Part shown: positions 49,435 to 64,000 of the stretch, in pieces | Layout: every line of letters starts with the position of its first letter | How positions within the stretch are numbered: position 1 is the first letter of the stretch | Assembly (NCBI GenBank): GCA_964106645.2 | Contig: OZ067039.1 | Strand: one strand, 5' to 3' | DNA: 64,000 bases | DNA from: Podarcis pityusensis | Taxonomy: Eukaryota | Program-made: the position numbers and the translations under genes | The notes under the pieces: model-generated | Seen by the model: only the letters and a program-made list of their open reading frames with translations | Told to the model about the DNA's origin: nothing | The model's database searches: none

Positions 49435-51055
49435 CTAGAACATAATTTATGTTTAGAAGGTCAAGTTTCCGTTCTGTAGCCCTGCAAACACATTGTTAAC
49501 ATTTACAACCCGCAGACTTTTATTGTAATTCAACACCCATAAGGCAAAAATAAAATTTATTATTAAACAAACAAAATGTCAGTTTCTTTAATCTGTGCCT
49601 AAACAGAGATGTCAATGGTTCACTGCCCCTTTGCTAACAGGTGTGCATACACTGAAACCATTAAGCTTTGCAGTAGCTCAGCATCCAATACTGCATTTTG
49701 ACCTTTGCATGTTTTACCTTGCTATGGTCACTTTGAAATCACCTGAAGTGCTAGGCTCAGAAACTGGTTCATATACTCATAGCCACAAAATTCAGGTAAG
49801 CAGAGTTGTATTCATTCTGTACTAGCTGTCATATCAATCAAACATAACAAGTTGTCATGTTGGGTATTTATGGCATGATTCTGCTCCTTCATCATTATCT
49901 TCCTGGCAGGTGATGCCAGAACATGTAAAAACTCAAAATAGCCCCTGTGTAACCAAATAAGCAAAGAGTGGAAAAGACCGGGCTGGGAAAAGGGAAATGA
50001 AAGGGGATGAGAAGTAAAAACACCAGAAACAGAGAAATATTTAAAACTGTTTAGGCTCCGAGGTTTTTTTAGGCCTCCCACACAAACCTCCTGTGAGAGG
50101 AGCAAAATTCTGATCCTTATACTTTCAAACCACTGATCTCTGCTCCTAAGAAAAATCAAACTGGGACAACTGTTCTGCACAAATCCATGAAATGCAAAAG
50201 TGGTATTTGCAATCAGACTTGATTAGCAGTCCGGATAGTTACATCCTGTTCTCTTGAGGGTTGCTTGTTAGTTAAACCCCCCCCCCCAAAAAAAAACCAG
50301 CCCCACTGAACTAGGATTGGAAGTCTGTGTAGCAGAAGCAGGAGTTGCACATCCTGTTTCACTATCTGAGGAATGTACTGCCCCCACCGAAGCCTTACTT
50401 ATTGGGGTTGCACAACAGCTTCCGGCAAGATCTCACGAGAGTTGCATGAGATCTTGCTGGAAGCGGTGACTGCTTCTCCTCACTTCCATAGTGGTGGTGG
50501 CAGGGGCGCCACCCCATGGGATTCCACCATCCAAGGCAGCTGCCTCAGTCCGCCTCATGGGCAGCCTGGCTCTGAAAAAAAGGGGGGAGGGTAGTATCAA
50601 ATTATGATTCCATATGGTGTCATCAGGCATAAGAAAAGGGCATCCATATATTTTAATAATGAAAGTGTATGGGAAAAGTAGCTTGCTTTTTTATCAGCTT
50701 TGAGAGTGGCTGCAGAAAATAGAAAATAGCTTATTCGTTCAGGTCGATTAAGGTTGATACCCTTTTAAAACAACAACAACCCACATTGGCTGAATACAAA
50801 AGTATTTATTATATGTACACCACAGTCCTATACATGTTTGTTTATGTACTGTGTTCAATGGGACTAACTTCTAGGCAAGCATGCATAGGACAGCAGGTTT
50901 TAATAAAGAATAAATTGTATTGGTTTGCCTATTCAGTGCTCATTTGTTTATTCTTTATGCGATCCATGCAGTTAGTCATTATGTACTATCCAAAACAACT
51001 GATGCGAAGCTTTTCAGCGAGCAGATAGATGCATTTCCTTTGTGGCACCCCTTCA

Positions 51056-51274
<219 letters not shown>

Positions 51275-54200
51275 TCATTTTACTTCGGTTTATTCTTATT
51301 CGAGATAAATATTTACAAAGTTCAAATACACCGAGCAGTTCTGCTATGCATACTCTGTACATTTCAACTGGCCTTGATTTAATCTGGGACAAGTGAAACA
51401 GAAGCCGCTTAGGAACAGGAATCAGAAACCGCTTGGTAAGAATAGAGAAAGGGACTTTTTTGTTAATGGTACCTTGAGAGCAGCTAGAAGACTGTCTACC
51501 CTCACCCCATTCCACCTCACACTTTTGTTGTTTTCACTTGATATATTGTTTTGTTGTTTTAAAAACTTATGAAGGAGTGGGAAAATGGGTTAAAAATCCT
51601 GAGACAAATAAATAAGAGAAATAACTACTAGCTTATAGCCTAAACTGATGAGCCTAGCTAGTAGCTGACAGATTCAGATTTTTGACAGAGGAATCCAGAA
51701 GTACCAGGTGAAAAACAGATTTAACAAAAATGAAATCTGCATTTCTATTTTGCACTAATTTAATCCTCTTATACCCAGTTTGTACAACCATAGCAGCTGT
51801 TTAGAGCTTTGATTATTTATATACACATCTAATAATCATCTACCTTTTTTTTTTTTTAAAAAAACACTCTTAAAAGTTAAAACTCCTTTTTTCAAACAAG
51901 TATCACATTTCTGTCAATGTGCTTAGAAAGAATGTCAGGGAGTAATCATGGAAAGTGAGGAAGATTTACGGCAGGGCTGTTGGGCTGCAAATGAGATATT
52001 TCTTCTCATTCCTCCGAGGCTGCACTTGCTTCTTCAAGTCTGCTTTTCCAGTACTTACAGCATGTGCTAAACAGACTTTTCTGAGTCAGAGCTCATGACT
52101 GCTGGGTGTGTGGCGACCAGGAACACCGCACCAGCTCAACGATCATGCTAAACTGCCTCTCACCATTACTGGACTGCATCCCCCTGCAGGCAAAGTGCCT
52201 GAATGGAAAAGGAATGTCACTTGTGCAGCTTGTTGATGACACCAGCAAAGAAACTGTGGGACTGATGCAGGAAATGACAAGCGGCAATTGAGAGAAAAAT
52301 CAAAGGCTTGGCAGAGGAGTATCAACGTGATCCTCTAGTTTTAGATATACAGATCTGACTCCGATTCCTCTTATCTGATTCATGAGTTCTGTAGCCTGCA
52401 GACCCAACAGGGGTCTATTTAGCTATTTAGGGATGCTATTTAGCTAAAAATGAAGAATTTAAATTAGTTATGCTCAAGTGCAGTTTAAGTTCCACCGCAA
52501 TCCAATGAATATACTTTGGGAAATAATCAAAGGCATATTGATTTCTCAGAAATAGACTCTTCTGATTCATAGTAAGCAAGCAAATAAAATAGAGTAGAAA
52601 CAGAGCCCCCCTTTCTTTCCCCCACTGCACTCCCAAAATCTGCCCTGAAGGGTCCACCAACCCCACCCCCCATAGAGTGTGAAAGAGTGTGGGGAGATGC
52701 AGGGTAGAGGAGGGCAGGGGGAGGAAATGAAGGTGAATTCTTGTGTGCGTGGAATCTCGCACACAGATAGGTTTGAATACAGTGCTAATAACTATTTACA
52801 GGCCCTTCTGAGCCATTTACAGCACAATCCTATCCATGTCTGCTCAGAGGTAAACCCCACTGAATCCAGTAAACTTAATCTCTGGTGAATGGGTAGAGAA
52901 CTGCAACCTTAATTGCTTTTACTTCCCTCATTGCCATCATGGACTTAATTCTATACTGAAGCCTGAGAAATATTTCATACTTCAAAAATTTATGTTTTCA
53001 TGCTCTTAAGCCGCTATTAGCATCTCTGGAAACATTTTTCATTTTTCAAAAAAAAAAGAAGAAGTTATTTTGGTAGCATGAAATATGGAGCTTCAATCAG
53101 GGGCAAACATGATGATGTCCTTGAACTTTATTTCCACTATTGTTCCTTGTTGCCTGCAGCACTCACTCTTTGCTTTCGCTGGAAAAAGCGGACACCAACA
53201 TGCTGTTTCCTACTGAGTTAACCATATGATTGCTTCTCAAAGGCAGCTGGAAGCACTGATTAGTGACATCATCCTTTCATTCTGTTTCCATCAAAGGTGA
53301 GCACAGACCACATGTATAATATTTCTTTATGTTTCCTGTTTAAAATCTCCAAACAATTTTTGTATGCATCCTGCAGAGCTTTCTGACTATATCTCTAATA
53401 TATATCTGTGTAACCTTGTTATCATGGTGCAATCTACGTGGCTGACCACAGATGGCACACTACAGTAGAGTGACAATTACGAGGACATGACAGTGAAGAC
53501 TGGAAGACGGGGCAAGTCTAAGCCTGAGGCGGAGGAGGTAGTAAGGGCAGAGGAAGAAAGGTGACCCATTGAGGAGGCAGAGGTGATGTGTGAGGCAGAG
53601 CACAAGAAGAAGGAAGAAGGGGGGGGGCCTTCAAAACACACCACAGGCGTAAACATGCTGCTAAAAGGAAGGTGAAAAGAAGGTGCATTGAAATTCCAAC
53701 TTCAAGAGATCAAAGCATGATGTCAGTTGTTGAATTTGAACTGCAAGGCAGATCTTGATATGGATCCAGCACGCAGAACCAAAACAGTTCCCCACTTCTG
53801 GCCTAAGGTGGGGAGGAGGGCAGTGTGAGAGGTGCAAGTGGGAGAAGGGGGGTTTGCAAGGGGAGAAAACATGGGCACAGGTCCTGCAAGTTATAGAAGA
53901 ACATACAGAAAAAATGCATCAAATACAAATATAATCCTAAATACATTTATACAGAATCTAGCTTCTCCGACATCAGTGAAAATGGTTTCAATCTGAGGAA
54001 ATGTTTGAATGATGATTGAGTTGGAAATTCAATGTCCAACTTCTTTTATTAGGCCATACATAAACACATGCACACAACCACAGTAGTTTTATCAAGGCAT
54101 CAGCTCTCTCTTATCAATAATGAACTAGATTTCCCCATTGCCACCCAACAGAGGTCTGAATAAGAACTGTTTTAATACACAGGCTGCAGAATTTTCATCT

Positions 54201-55303
54201 GAACAAAATTCAGTGAATGAATCATTCATTTCTCAAGGATTAACTGGGTCATTATATTTAATCCTTCTCTAAACTGGTGGACATGTGTTCCGCTTGACTG
54301 TAACATTTTCACTGGATTTGTGTCACATTATGTTTACTTGCTTCTTAAAAGACTGAAAAACTAATGTGCTGTGAAAAACCAACTCTATTGCATTTTAAGA
54401 TCCATTACCTGATTTTTCTGTACACAAATATATATACTGTTTTAATGTACTTGCTGAGAACAGTAAGGAAGCACCACCACCAGGGACAAGTGCATAACTC
54501 CTAGTGCATGTGTGATCCAATTGTATGAAGGAGATAAATACAACAGTTCTAGCTTAAAATTAGACACAGCCCAATAATTGGTGATGGTGTCATGATTAGA
54601 CCTCTGATTCTTCCAATATCCTAATTTCTTGAAATATGTGGAGTCCCAAATTTTAATATATCCTTGAGAAAGCATCTGCAAAGGGTATTTAACAAGTCTT
54701 ATTTCTGAAACATTCACATCTCAGGGCAGCACCTACAGTCACGAGAAATTGACACTAAATTTATTTAGGAATGTTTTGTCATAGGACAGGCCCTCTGTGA
54801 GAGAAGGAGACCCTCATATGCTCTCTAGTGTTAATCTGGATTAGATATGGGTATGTCTTTATTAGGCTCTGCTCTTTTGCAATATCATTGTACCTATAAG
54901 TCCCCCATCTAGTAAATGTGGCCCACACCGCATAGAAAATATTATCTCTGAGAAATAATGAAAAAGCATACACTTGTAAACCAAAAATGATCAAAATTTG
55001 CAAAATTAATTCACTATACAGAATAACAGATTTTAATGCAAAAACTAAAAATTTAGAAACATATTGTTTCTGTTCAAGCGCTTAAAAAATCATTAGTATG
55101 GAAAGGTGGGGTTGGAACCCCATAATTTTTGTGATGTAGACCCTCTCCCCCAACAGCTACAGTTCTTAGCAAGGTGGAATGGGATCATGGCTTAGATACA
55201 ATTGGCGAGAGTCATGTGGTGGGATTTCTGGATTTCTTTAAGGGCACCCCTAACCATTTCTCCATAATCCAGCCCCCCCAATTTAATAAATAATAAATTA
55301 GAC

Positions 55304-55439
55304 CAGGCATAGGCAAACTCGGCCCTCCAGATATTTTGGGACTACAACTCCCACCGTCCCTGATCACTGGTCCTGTTAGCTAGGGATAATAGGAGTTGTA
55401 GTCCCAAAACATCTGGAGGGCCGAGTTTGCCTGTGCCTG
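55304..55439. mobile_element. hAT-like palindromic MITE
   Basis: CAGGCATAGGCAAACTCGGCCCTCCAGAT TIR; 8-bp TSD aattagac/gattagac. Confidence 0.9.
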
Positions 55440-57169
55440 GATTAGACAAATTAATGGAGGCTATCAGTGGCTACTAGTCTTCATAGCCATATGCTGCTTC
55501 CAGGATCAGATGCACCCAGCCTCTGAACACAGTTGCTGGGGATGGGGAATAACAGCAAGAGACTACTATTCCCACATGCCCTTGCTGTGAGCTGCCCATA
55601 AGCATCTGGTTAGCCACTGTCAGAAAGGGGTTGGGCTAGATTCGCCTTTAATCTGATCCAGCAGAGCTCTTCATGTATTCTTATGATTCAAAAAAGTACA
55701 CATACTTCTGTACTTCCTGGGATTATCTGGTGTTTTGGAACAGAAAGATTTGATATTTATATATTACTCATTTTTCTGAAAGGCTTACCACTGACACCTG
55801 AACATTCCCACAAATATACCACAAAAGCTAAATGCCATCACTCAAGTGAAAAATTCACACAAAATTTCAAATGCAGACACCAGTTGTTTGTGGAATGTTA
55901 CAGAATAGATTGTAGACATACTGAAACCTGCAGCCTGCCATTGCATCTCTCTTTCACTAAAAAGCGAAGAGAATGCAATTTATTGCAAATTCTATGTGTC
56001 GTTTATAAAAGTGCCCCAAATTTTCTTGTTTGCTTCAGTTGTAATTGGTTATTAAAACTGTAGGTTGGGCTGACCAAGCTATTCTTCCTGGGCTTATAAT
56101 TTGTTCACTATGTTTCACACCTGGACATAATAATTCATTCTTCTGTGCTGTACTGACTACTATCCCAGGTAACCTATGCTATTTCACAAATCCAAAGAAA
56201 ACAAGCATAATCTCCATGACCCAGATCAAGCTACTACAATAAGATAATTTTAACAATGTCTGCAGTACCTGCAGCACTTCTCGAAACACCATTTGAAATT
56301 CCCTTTTCATCGTTCTAATAACACCATTACTTGCTGTAGCAGAGCAACGAAGCTATGTAGTCCCTGATCCAAATCTCTACCCAAGGATGTTTTCCATCCC
56401 TGCTCAATATCAGATGCTATGGCATACTATGTGAATGCAGAAATGGTCCATCAAAGGTGCTTATTTTGCCATACAAAATATCATCAAGTGCTGTTGTACA
56501 GTACTCAGTTCAACTTGGACACACTACTTATAGTCTCTGCAGGCCATTTAACAATTTTGACTTTTGCTCTGAAGGAAATTGAAATCCAAAATAAGAGGTC
56601 AAATCAAAACAACAAACAAACAAACAACAAACCCAATTTGGCAAAAATAAATAAATAAAAGAGGGTTGGGGGAAGAGAAGTGGCATTATTTACAAAAGAT
56701 GATGGTTATGAACAATCTTAGCAGTGCCATTTTGGCACTGAAAAGACAACAAAAATGTATGTGCCTGCATATGCCAGAAACCCCAAAATTTTCATTCTAG
56801 CTTTCAGTAAAAAATTAAAAGATTAATGAAACATAACCAGTGAAATGAGGCACAACAATACCTTCTAAGTCAAGCTTTTCATACAAGCACACTAATATGT
56901 AACATCTAACCCCTATCCCCACTTGCTTGGCAGGCTAACGTGGTAGTGAATTAGAACCATGAATAGAAGAAGTGAATAACATCTGGCAGCTCCAATAATG
57001 CTGGCAGTGAAATTGCATTAGTGCTCTACTTTGCTCAATTATTCCACAGTTATATCACAAATATAAGTTGCAAGGAATAAAGCATAATTCCCAAACATAA
57101 TGCCCACAATGTAAAGTTACCAATTTCCTTTGTTATACAACGTGCCTATGGGGAATTTCCACTCTGTTC

Positions 57170-57830
57170 ACCAAACACTGTATTCTCGCAACTTGGGTTT
57201 TGGCACATGTGCCGTAACATGAGTGTGTTTCATTAATCTGCACTGTTTCATTAATCTGGTATGCCAATTGTTTCCCTTTCCTGGAGAGAGGTCTGCCTTA
57301 GCCACAGTAATCCATGCTCTAGTCATGCCGTGGCCTGGGTACTGTAATCTACGGTATTGTGCTCTCTGTTGGGGCTGCATTTGAACTTTCCTTCAGCTAG
57401 TTCAAAATACAGCTGCCAGAGTCCCGACAGCTCGACCATGTAATACCACTTGGGCATGGAAGTTGGCTCTGTTACAGCAAGTGCACTGTTTGTCAATGCA
57501 TTCCTAAATGCTAGCTTTAATAATTAAATATTTAATAAATTCGACTTGATATATCTGAAGGACTGTCTAAAGCATCGATATCAAATTGACCATAGGTTAA
57601 GATCAACAACAGAGCCCTCCTAGTCTGCCCACCAGTTAGTTCAGGGAGGTCCTTTTCTGTGGTGACCTCACAGCTCTTGAACTTCATAACAACTTATTTC
57701 TGGAAGGCTACCACACAACAGTGTTTTCAAAAGCCTTGGAAATCTACCTGTTTCAGGTAGTCTTCACATGACAGATATCTCTGAAGGCTTTATTGAGCTT
57801 TTAATTGTACTATGAAATTATGTTGTATTA
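57170..57830 (+). mobile_element. Degenerate L2-like LINE 3' fragment
   Basis: LATVIHALV...YCN and LQLVQNTAARV motifs with many disablements. Confidence 0.65.
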
Positions 57831-59959
57831 GGGTTGCCATATGAGGGGTACTCAGAAAAATGGCCTATTCATATTTAAAAATAAAAATAAATTTCCATCC
57901 GAGTTACGAGTAATTTTCATGAGTTGTAAACAAAGTAATTCATTCTGACGTTCCATTTTGGCCTTTCTGGACAGAGTAACCTGTTGCATGGTATCTTTAA
58001 GCAGTAACATGAAAGGGCACAGGGATTTCTTACTCATGTTCACAAAATGGTTTTCAATAGTATACATGGATTTCTTCCTTTAGCAGTTCATCTAAGTCTC
58101 AGCATGACAAGAGACAATAGGGCAACAACTCTAGATCCTGTATGGTGCCAGTCTATAAAGACCTGCATTTTGCAAGCAGATTCTTCCAAGAGGTTAACCT
58201 ACTCTTCCAAGTTCTCTCAGTGGTAGCCTCTTAATTATGTCAATATGCATATGAGTGTTACATAATCTTGCCTCCTGGGCTAGAAAAGGAGGATATCTGC
58301 ATGCAAATATTCATTAAAAAGAAGCCAGCAATAATATCGTAATATCTTTACATACATAAAAGGAACTTGGCCTCAAAGCAAAAGATGACACACTACATTT
58401 GTATGCAAAGAACACCACACAGGCTCATTTATGCCTGGGTATGTGAGTCTTGTACCGACAGCAGAATGTATTAATAATAAAACAATGAAATAAACTAGCA
58501 CAGGAGGGCTTCAGATTTAGGGGATGATTGGAGAATACTAAGCCATGATCTAAAGAAACCTGGGACTGTTGGAAACTTGATCATATGCTGCTGGAGCTCA
58601 GAGGAAGAATATGTGACTGCGTGCCTAGTCAAGTAAAAAAGTTTAGCAGAGCATAGTCTGGGGGCGATCCATATTCTAAAGAGTAATCCATAGTGTGGCA
58701 CAGGTACCTTACAGGGTTTATGGAACATGATTTTTCTTCCTGTCCTATCTCAGGCTTTTCTGTGCATAACACAGCAGAGCGTGGAAACTCATGTCTGCAT
58801 AGGGTTTCTCTTTGCTGGATCAGGATGATGGACTAAAATGAACTAGCCAAGAATGGATAAGAAGCCTCCTCTCAGGGGAGAGCTCAGAACTGTGAAACTA
58901 CATCACAGCAGTAGGGAAACTCAGGCAAATATGCCCCTCCAGGCCTCTCCATCGTGGGTACTTTCCCTAGGCCATGCTCCCCTCCTCAGGCCACACACCC
59001 CTCTTTTGAGGCTTCCCATACCCCTCACTACCTGTGTTCTGCATCCTCCCTGAGTGCTTTTGCCTGGTGAAATATGTCTGTGAACTGAAAATACCTATTT
59101 CTTGCCTGGATGGAGAGGTCTCTGTGTGCAGAAATCTCCGGCTTCTACATGGCTGCAGTACAACCTAGTCACATCTGTTGCCTAACCCGCTTTTGCCTCT
59201 GCCCTCTTCCTTCAGTGGAAGGTTGCTTATAAGCAAATGCAGCTTTTAGGCTAATAAAGGTTTCCAACTCTGCTATATAATTTAATGAGACTTCATTAAA
59301 TTTTGTCACCTAAGGTCACAAAAAGAAAGAAAGAAAAAGGACACAGCCTTAATTTATTTGAGCAGAAGTTTATCTTCCGGTAATCGTTTAAAACCGCATT
59401 CAGCACAGTTCCAAGTTTTCAACGATTTATCTGTACACTGGAAAAATGCCTGCCAGATTTTGGGAATATAGTGTATAAAAAAACAAGCCCCCCAAATACA
59501 ATTGGCAACTGCAACCACCCTTCCCGCTCTCAGATGGATTTCACCAGCTTTCCTTTTTGTAGCTCCCTCTTTTCTTCTCCGTTAGATGCTGTATTTGTTT
59601 GCTTGCTTCCTCCATACAGAACTTGGGGCTTTCTTGCCCTCTGCTGTCTACTCCACTTTCCCCTTTTCTAGCTATTTGACCCTTCTCTCTTAGGTCTTCT
59701 CCCACCACCCTTGTTGGCCCCACCTTCCCCACAACTCTCTTTTCCCCCCTAGGACACTAGTTTTGCCTAATACATCTCCTCTGAGGCACTTTGGAGGTAG
59801 TCATCCACAGATGCTCTGATCTGGATGCAGTATGAGCAGAGATGACTTGGCCACTGTCGGGATAAGTTCCAGTTCCCCTGGCACAAGGATGTTGACTCAA
59901 ATGTGTTTGTCCTGCCACATGTACTTCCTGACCGCTGCTGATCCCAGTTTATAAGAGCT

Positions 59960-60685
59960 AGCAGGAGGGGAGTGGCTGAATTTGTCCAGGGGTTGGTGAG
60001 ACACTGAAGGCACTGACCCAGAGCCTGGAGGTGCTAATGGCCTGGATGAGGGCCAATAAACTGAAAATGAATTGTGACAAGATGATACTCTACTGATGGG
60101 TTGCTTTGATGTCAAGGTAATGGGTAGATGCCCTGTTTTGGATTGGGGTCAACTCCCTTAAGAAGTACTCACAGCACCTGCTTCTTCAAGGGAGTTTAAC
60201 TTCTTGAAGAGTCCATGGAGGCTGCAGCTAGTGCAGCATGCTACCTATTCTCCATGATCTGCACATGGTGCAGGGACCAAATTCTTGATGAAGTGCCTCT
60301 TCTGGTATGTCCCAGCCTGGCCATGGAGATCAGTAGAGGGTACTATCAAAACAAGGCTAAGGGATAGCAACTTAGCTGAGGACCTTCTCTCTGTGGAATT
60401 CCCAGCCTCTGGAGGCCTGTCTGTCATCACCTATACTCTAATTCTGTTGGATACTGAAGACATGCCTCTTTACCCAGGCCTTTGAATCTTATTGAGGTTG
60501 CTCTTTAGGGTCAGTGAATTTAACAATCTATGGGAATGTTTTACATTGTTTGCTGTTTAAAGGCTTGAGATTATTTATTATGATTTTGTATTGTTGTCTA
60601 CCTGTGTATTTTATATTCTTATTCTGAGCTGCTCAGCAATTTTTAAAAATTAAGATTGATATATAAATGGATTTAATAAATAAAT
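59960..60685 (+). mobile_element. Degenerate L2-like LINE fragment
   Basis: WMRANKLK.N.DK motif, LKTCLFTQAF end, AATAAA-type tail. Confidence 0.6.
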
Positions 60686-63482
60686 GATCTAAATGAACTA
60701 AATAATGCTGTCATTGGTTTTCCTTCTCAGACATTATTTTGAGCTTAACAGTGCTCACTTTCTAAAATATATTCTCAGAAGAAATGTTTGAACAGCAATT
60801 TTGAACCAGCAAGAGAGCCTTTGGGGCATAATTTGTGCTGTGAAAATGCCACCTGTCTGTGTGTTGAAGGCATTTTCCTTCCAGCTCACTGCATACCTAG
60901 AGCATTTGGACACCCTAGTCAGAACTCTCACTCAGCAAATTCAATTATCCAGTCCCAATAATTCCTGAGCTCTTAGATACTATAAAAATAAAGTTCTTTT
61001 GCTTGTCATAAGGAACATGTGAGCTTCTGTAAAAACAAATAAATCATTTAATTGTTTGCACTGCTGTTTTTATATTATACCACTTAAAGGTTATTGCTAA
61101 CATTGCTTTCCAAGTGTGGAATCTAAGGTTTACTTTTGAGGTTCCAGTTCCAGAAGTATTTAGATATTTCAAGCTGGAAGACAGACTAAGAAAGGGAAGC
61201 TAGTGGGTCAGCTTCTGGATTTGTTTTGCTCAGCGTGTACAAAATGAGTGGCAGGCCAGATCAAGGTGCAATGAGGTTCTTAAAATGTGTTTGTTTATTT
61301 ATTTAACTGCAGACCTGACAGCTGGATGCTTACATAGTAATGTGAAGCAGGGGACCCAGATATTTGAATATATATATATATATTGTCCACATAATAGAAC
61401 TCTGTTTTAGATTTACACCTAAATACTTGAGGGTGCCTGTCAAAAACTTGTCATATTTATCCAGCTATGGATCAATATACCTTACTGTGATTGCTGTGAA
61501 ATAGGATTGTTATTAATGCCTTGGATTCATAAACCAACTGAAATTTTGTCTTTTAGCCTTTCATGATAAGCACATTTGCATTTTTGTCTATCAATTCCGG
61601 AGATATATTACACCATCTCTATGCCATTCTTCATCTCCCGTAATATCAGAAGAGGAAATTCTTCCTGGAAATAGGAAAAAGCTTATTGCTAGCATGACAA
61701 ATAGCCTTTTTGGCAACTTCTAATTTATTACAAGCCTGTCTCCCACCCTACACAAAGAGCATGCATGTGTGCACGCACGCAGGCACACACATTTGGATCA
61801 TTGTTCAGCAACTGAAACCTAGTGCTGATATGCAATATGCTTAGGTTTGGGCTTATTTGGAGCACATGCTGCACTTTGTCAGAACAAGCCAAGCTCCCAC
61901 CACAGGACTGGAAGTTGAATGCATTATGATTCCATCAGCGAGGCCTTAGGGAATACTCCATGGATATGGTAAGGTATCTAGACACCCAGCAAAGTATCTA
62001 TATACCCAGCTAAGATCTTTTACATCCCCTGCCACTGCACTCAGCACTGCCTCCTTTAGTTTCTTCCTATCCTTCTTGGCCTCTCTCTGCAGTGCTAAGA
62101 CCTTCCTATTTAGAGGTCAGACTTTAATTCCTGTTGGTGAGAACTACAGAGTTCTCCCACAGTCCATATCCTGAAGACCATAAAGCACACTTTTCATGCA
62201 TTTATGTATCTGTTGTAAGTTTCAGTATCTCCAATTTTAAATGCCAGGAGCGGTATCAAATTTCTTCATTTAAGTTCACACTGGAGTACCCTGGTGATGC
62301 AATTTCTGATCTTTGCTGGCTCCAATAAACATTTTTGTGAATCTATTTCCCCTCCATTCTAATGTTTGACCTTCTATTGCAACGTAGACATTCAGTGTCA
62401 TATTTTACACTATTTTCTCACCTGCTCACCCCCCATTTCTGGTCTGCCATCCTCCAGTGCCCAAAGCAATAACCCAAGACTATCTAACAGCTCTGCAGGG
62501 TTCCATTCAGAGAACTGCCAGTCCTTGGCAGAGCAGAGCACATAAGAAAACTTCTCTTTCTGTTTTCACAAATGTGCATTGAAGAAATATGCTATTGCTC
62601 AAGGTCTCATCGGCATTTACTTTCATCTTTCCTCACATTTGTACCAAAAATACAACATCTTTTTATTATCTTAACAAATTAACAAGACATGGCAGTTCTG
62701 CTGCAATCATGTTATATAAACATCTCCCATGAAGATATATCATTAGATTATATTTTAAGCTCCCATATGTCATCAGAATTCATGCTGAAGCAACCTTACA
62801 AAGCAATCTTTATGACAGATTTCTATGGATTAACCAGGTTCCCCTCCCCTCTCCCAACAATTTTCTCTGACATTTTGTTAAAACTTTAATACTCTAAGCA
62901 TTGACAGTTGACATCCTTTCTGACACTACTTTTACCAAACATCAGCATATGCTACAAAATAGTAAATGATGCCTTGCAGATTTAGGCCTCTTAGCTTGAA
63001 ATACACAGAAATGTGTTGGTAACCAATGGCACCACCAATTAAATAATTAACTCTATTAACTCTATTATGCACTATTCAGTTTTCTGGCTTCTTTCAGAAA
63101 TCACTTAGATCTTCTAGATTTCTTTGCATTGTGTTGTTCTTGCCGCTAGCTGCATAAACTTTACAATGTGCTGTAAACATTACAGCCTTTATTAATAGGC
63201 AGCATGTATTTAAATAGCCTTTTATACTCCAGCTGCTGGTGATGTACATGAAACACGTCATTCGATGTAACTGGAGCTTATGGTGGGAAGGTGAGGGAGT
63301 GTAGAAGGGATCTTAATGGCCATTTGCAGGCCTAACAGCTTTTAGTTTTTTACAGACTAGAGCTGCCAACATACACAGATAGGGGCAAATCATAAGCATC
63401 ACCATTATGGGCCAGTGCAACTGGTAATTAACAGTTGCATCACACAAGCATTTCTGGATTGGTTCCCTATAATACATGTTTC

Positions 63483-63518
<36 letters not shown>

Positions 63519-63529
63519 ATCTATCTATA
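63483..63529. repeat. (CTAT)n microsatellite
   Basis: Directly visible in the sequence. Confidence 0.9.
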
Positions 63530-63530
63530 T

Positions 63531-63878
63531 GGGGTCATGGTGGCGCTGTGGTCTAAACCACAGAGCCTAGGGCTTTCCGATCAGAAGGTCGGCAGTTCGA
63601 ATCTACGCGATGGGGTGAGCTCCCGTTGCTCTGTCCCAGCTCCTGCCCACCTAGCAGTTCGAAAGCACATCAAAGTGCAAGTAGATAAATAGGTACCACT
63701 CTGGCGGGAAGGTAAACGGCGTTTCCATGTGCTACTCTGGCTTGCCAGAAGCGGCTTAGTCATGCTGGCCACATAACCCGAAAGCTGTACGCCGGCTCCC
63801 TCGGCCAGTAAAGCGAAATGAGCGCCACACCCCCAGAGTCATCCGCGACTGGACCTAATGGTCAGGGGTCCCTTTACC
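63531..63878 (+). mobile_element. Sauria SINE
   Basis: Closely similar to the copy at 8931; ends GGGGTCCCTTTACC. Confidence 0.93.
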
Positions 63879-64000
63879 ATAATATTTGAAGAAGAAAAAG
63901 GCTTCTCAATGCTTTGAGATGGGAAAGGCTTTGTTTCGAATGAAACTAGTTCACATTTCTATGGGAGATTGAGGTGCAGAGGGATTTTGTTTAGAGGAAG

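Noticed and set aside
50418-50464. 18-bp hairpin gcttccggcaagatctca/tgagatcttgctggaagc as a possible pre-miRNA
   Set aside because: Short for a pre-miRNA and embedded in repeat-like GC-rich sequence; probably the centre of a MITE.
53480-53880. Purine-rich Glu/Lys-looking segment
   Set aside because: Stops interrupt it and no domain is recognisable; probably a decayed repeat.

Overview
Eukaryotic (vertebrate) genomic DNA, most likely a lacertid lizard, judged from the lacertid-type Sauria SINEs. The window has two main contents. (1) The 3' half of GABRB2 (GABA-A receptor beta-2) on the minus strand: four constitutive coding exons (51198-51061, 49434-49282, 46629-46385, 31002-30655), an in-frame 111-nt cassette exon matching the beta-2L insert (40664-40554), and a long 3' UTR. 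The cassette exon lies antisense inside a decayed CR1 LINE reverse-transcriptase fragment, so it looks like an exapted retroposon. (2) A young ~6.5-kb tyrosine-recombinase retrotransposon of the Ngaro type (~15560-22055, + strand) with gag-like, RT/RNase H, tyrosine recombinase and SGNH-hydrolase ORFs. It shows several notable features: a same-phase splice-acceptor-like site in front of each of the four ORFs, three co-oriented CTCF motifs plus two YY1 motifs in the leader, a ~340-nt multibranch RNA structure just before the poly(A) signal, no split direct repeats, and a frameshift that separates the gag zinc fingers. The remainder is intergenic or intronic DNA with SINEs (Sauria, CORE-type, AmnSINE1), hAT and Tigger-like MITEs, solo LTRs, L1/L2 fragments, a Penelope-type inverted repeat with hammerhead-like motifs, and microsatellites. 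All family assignments come from motif recognition; no database searches were run.
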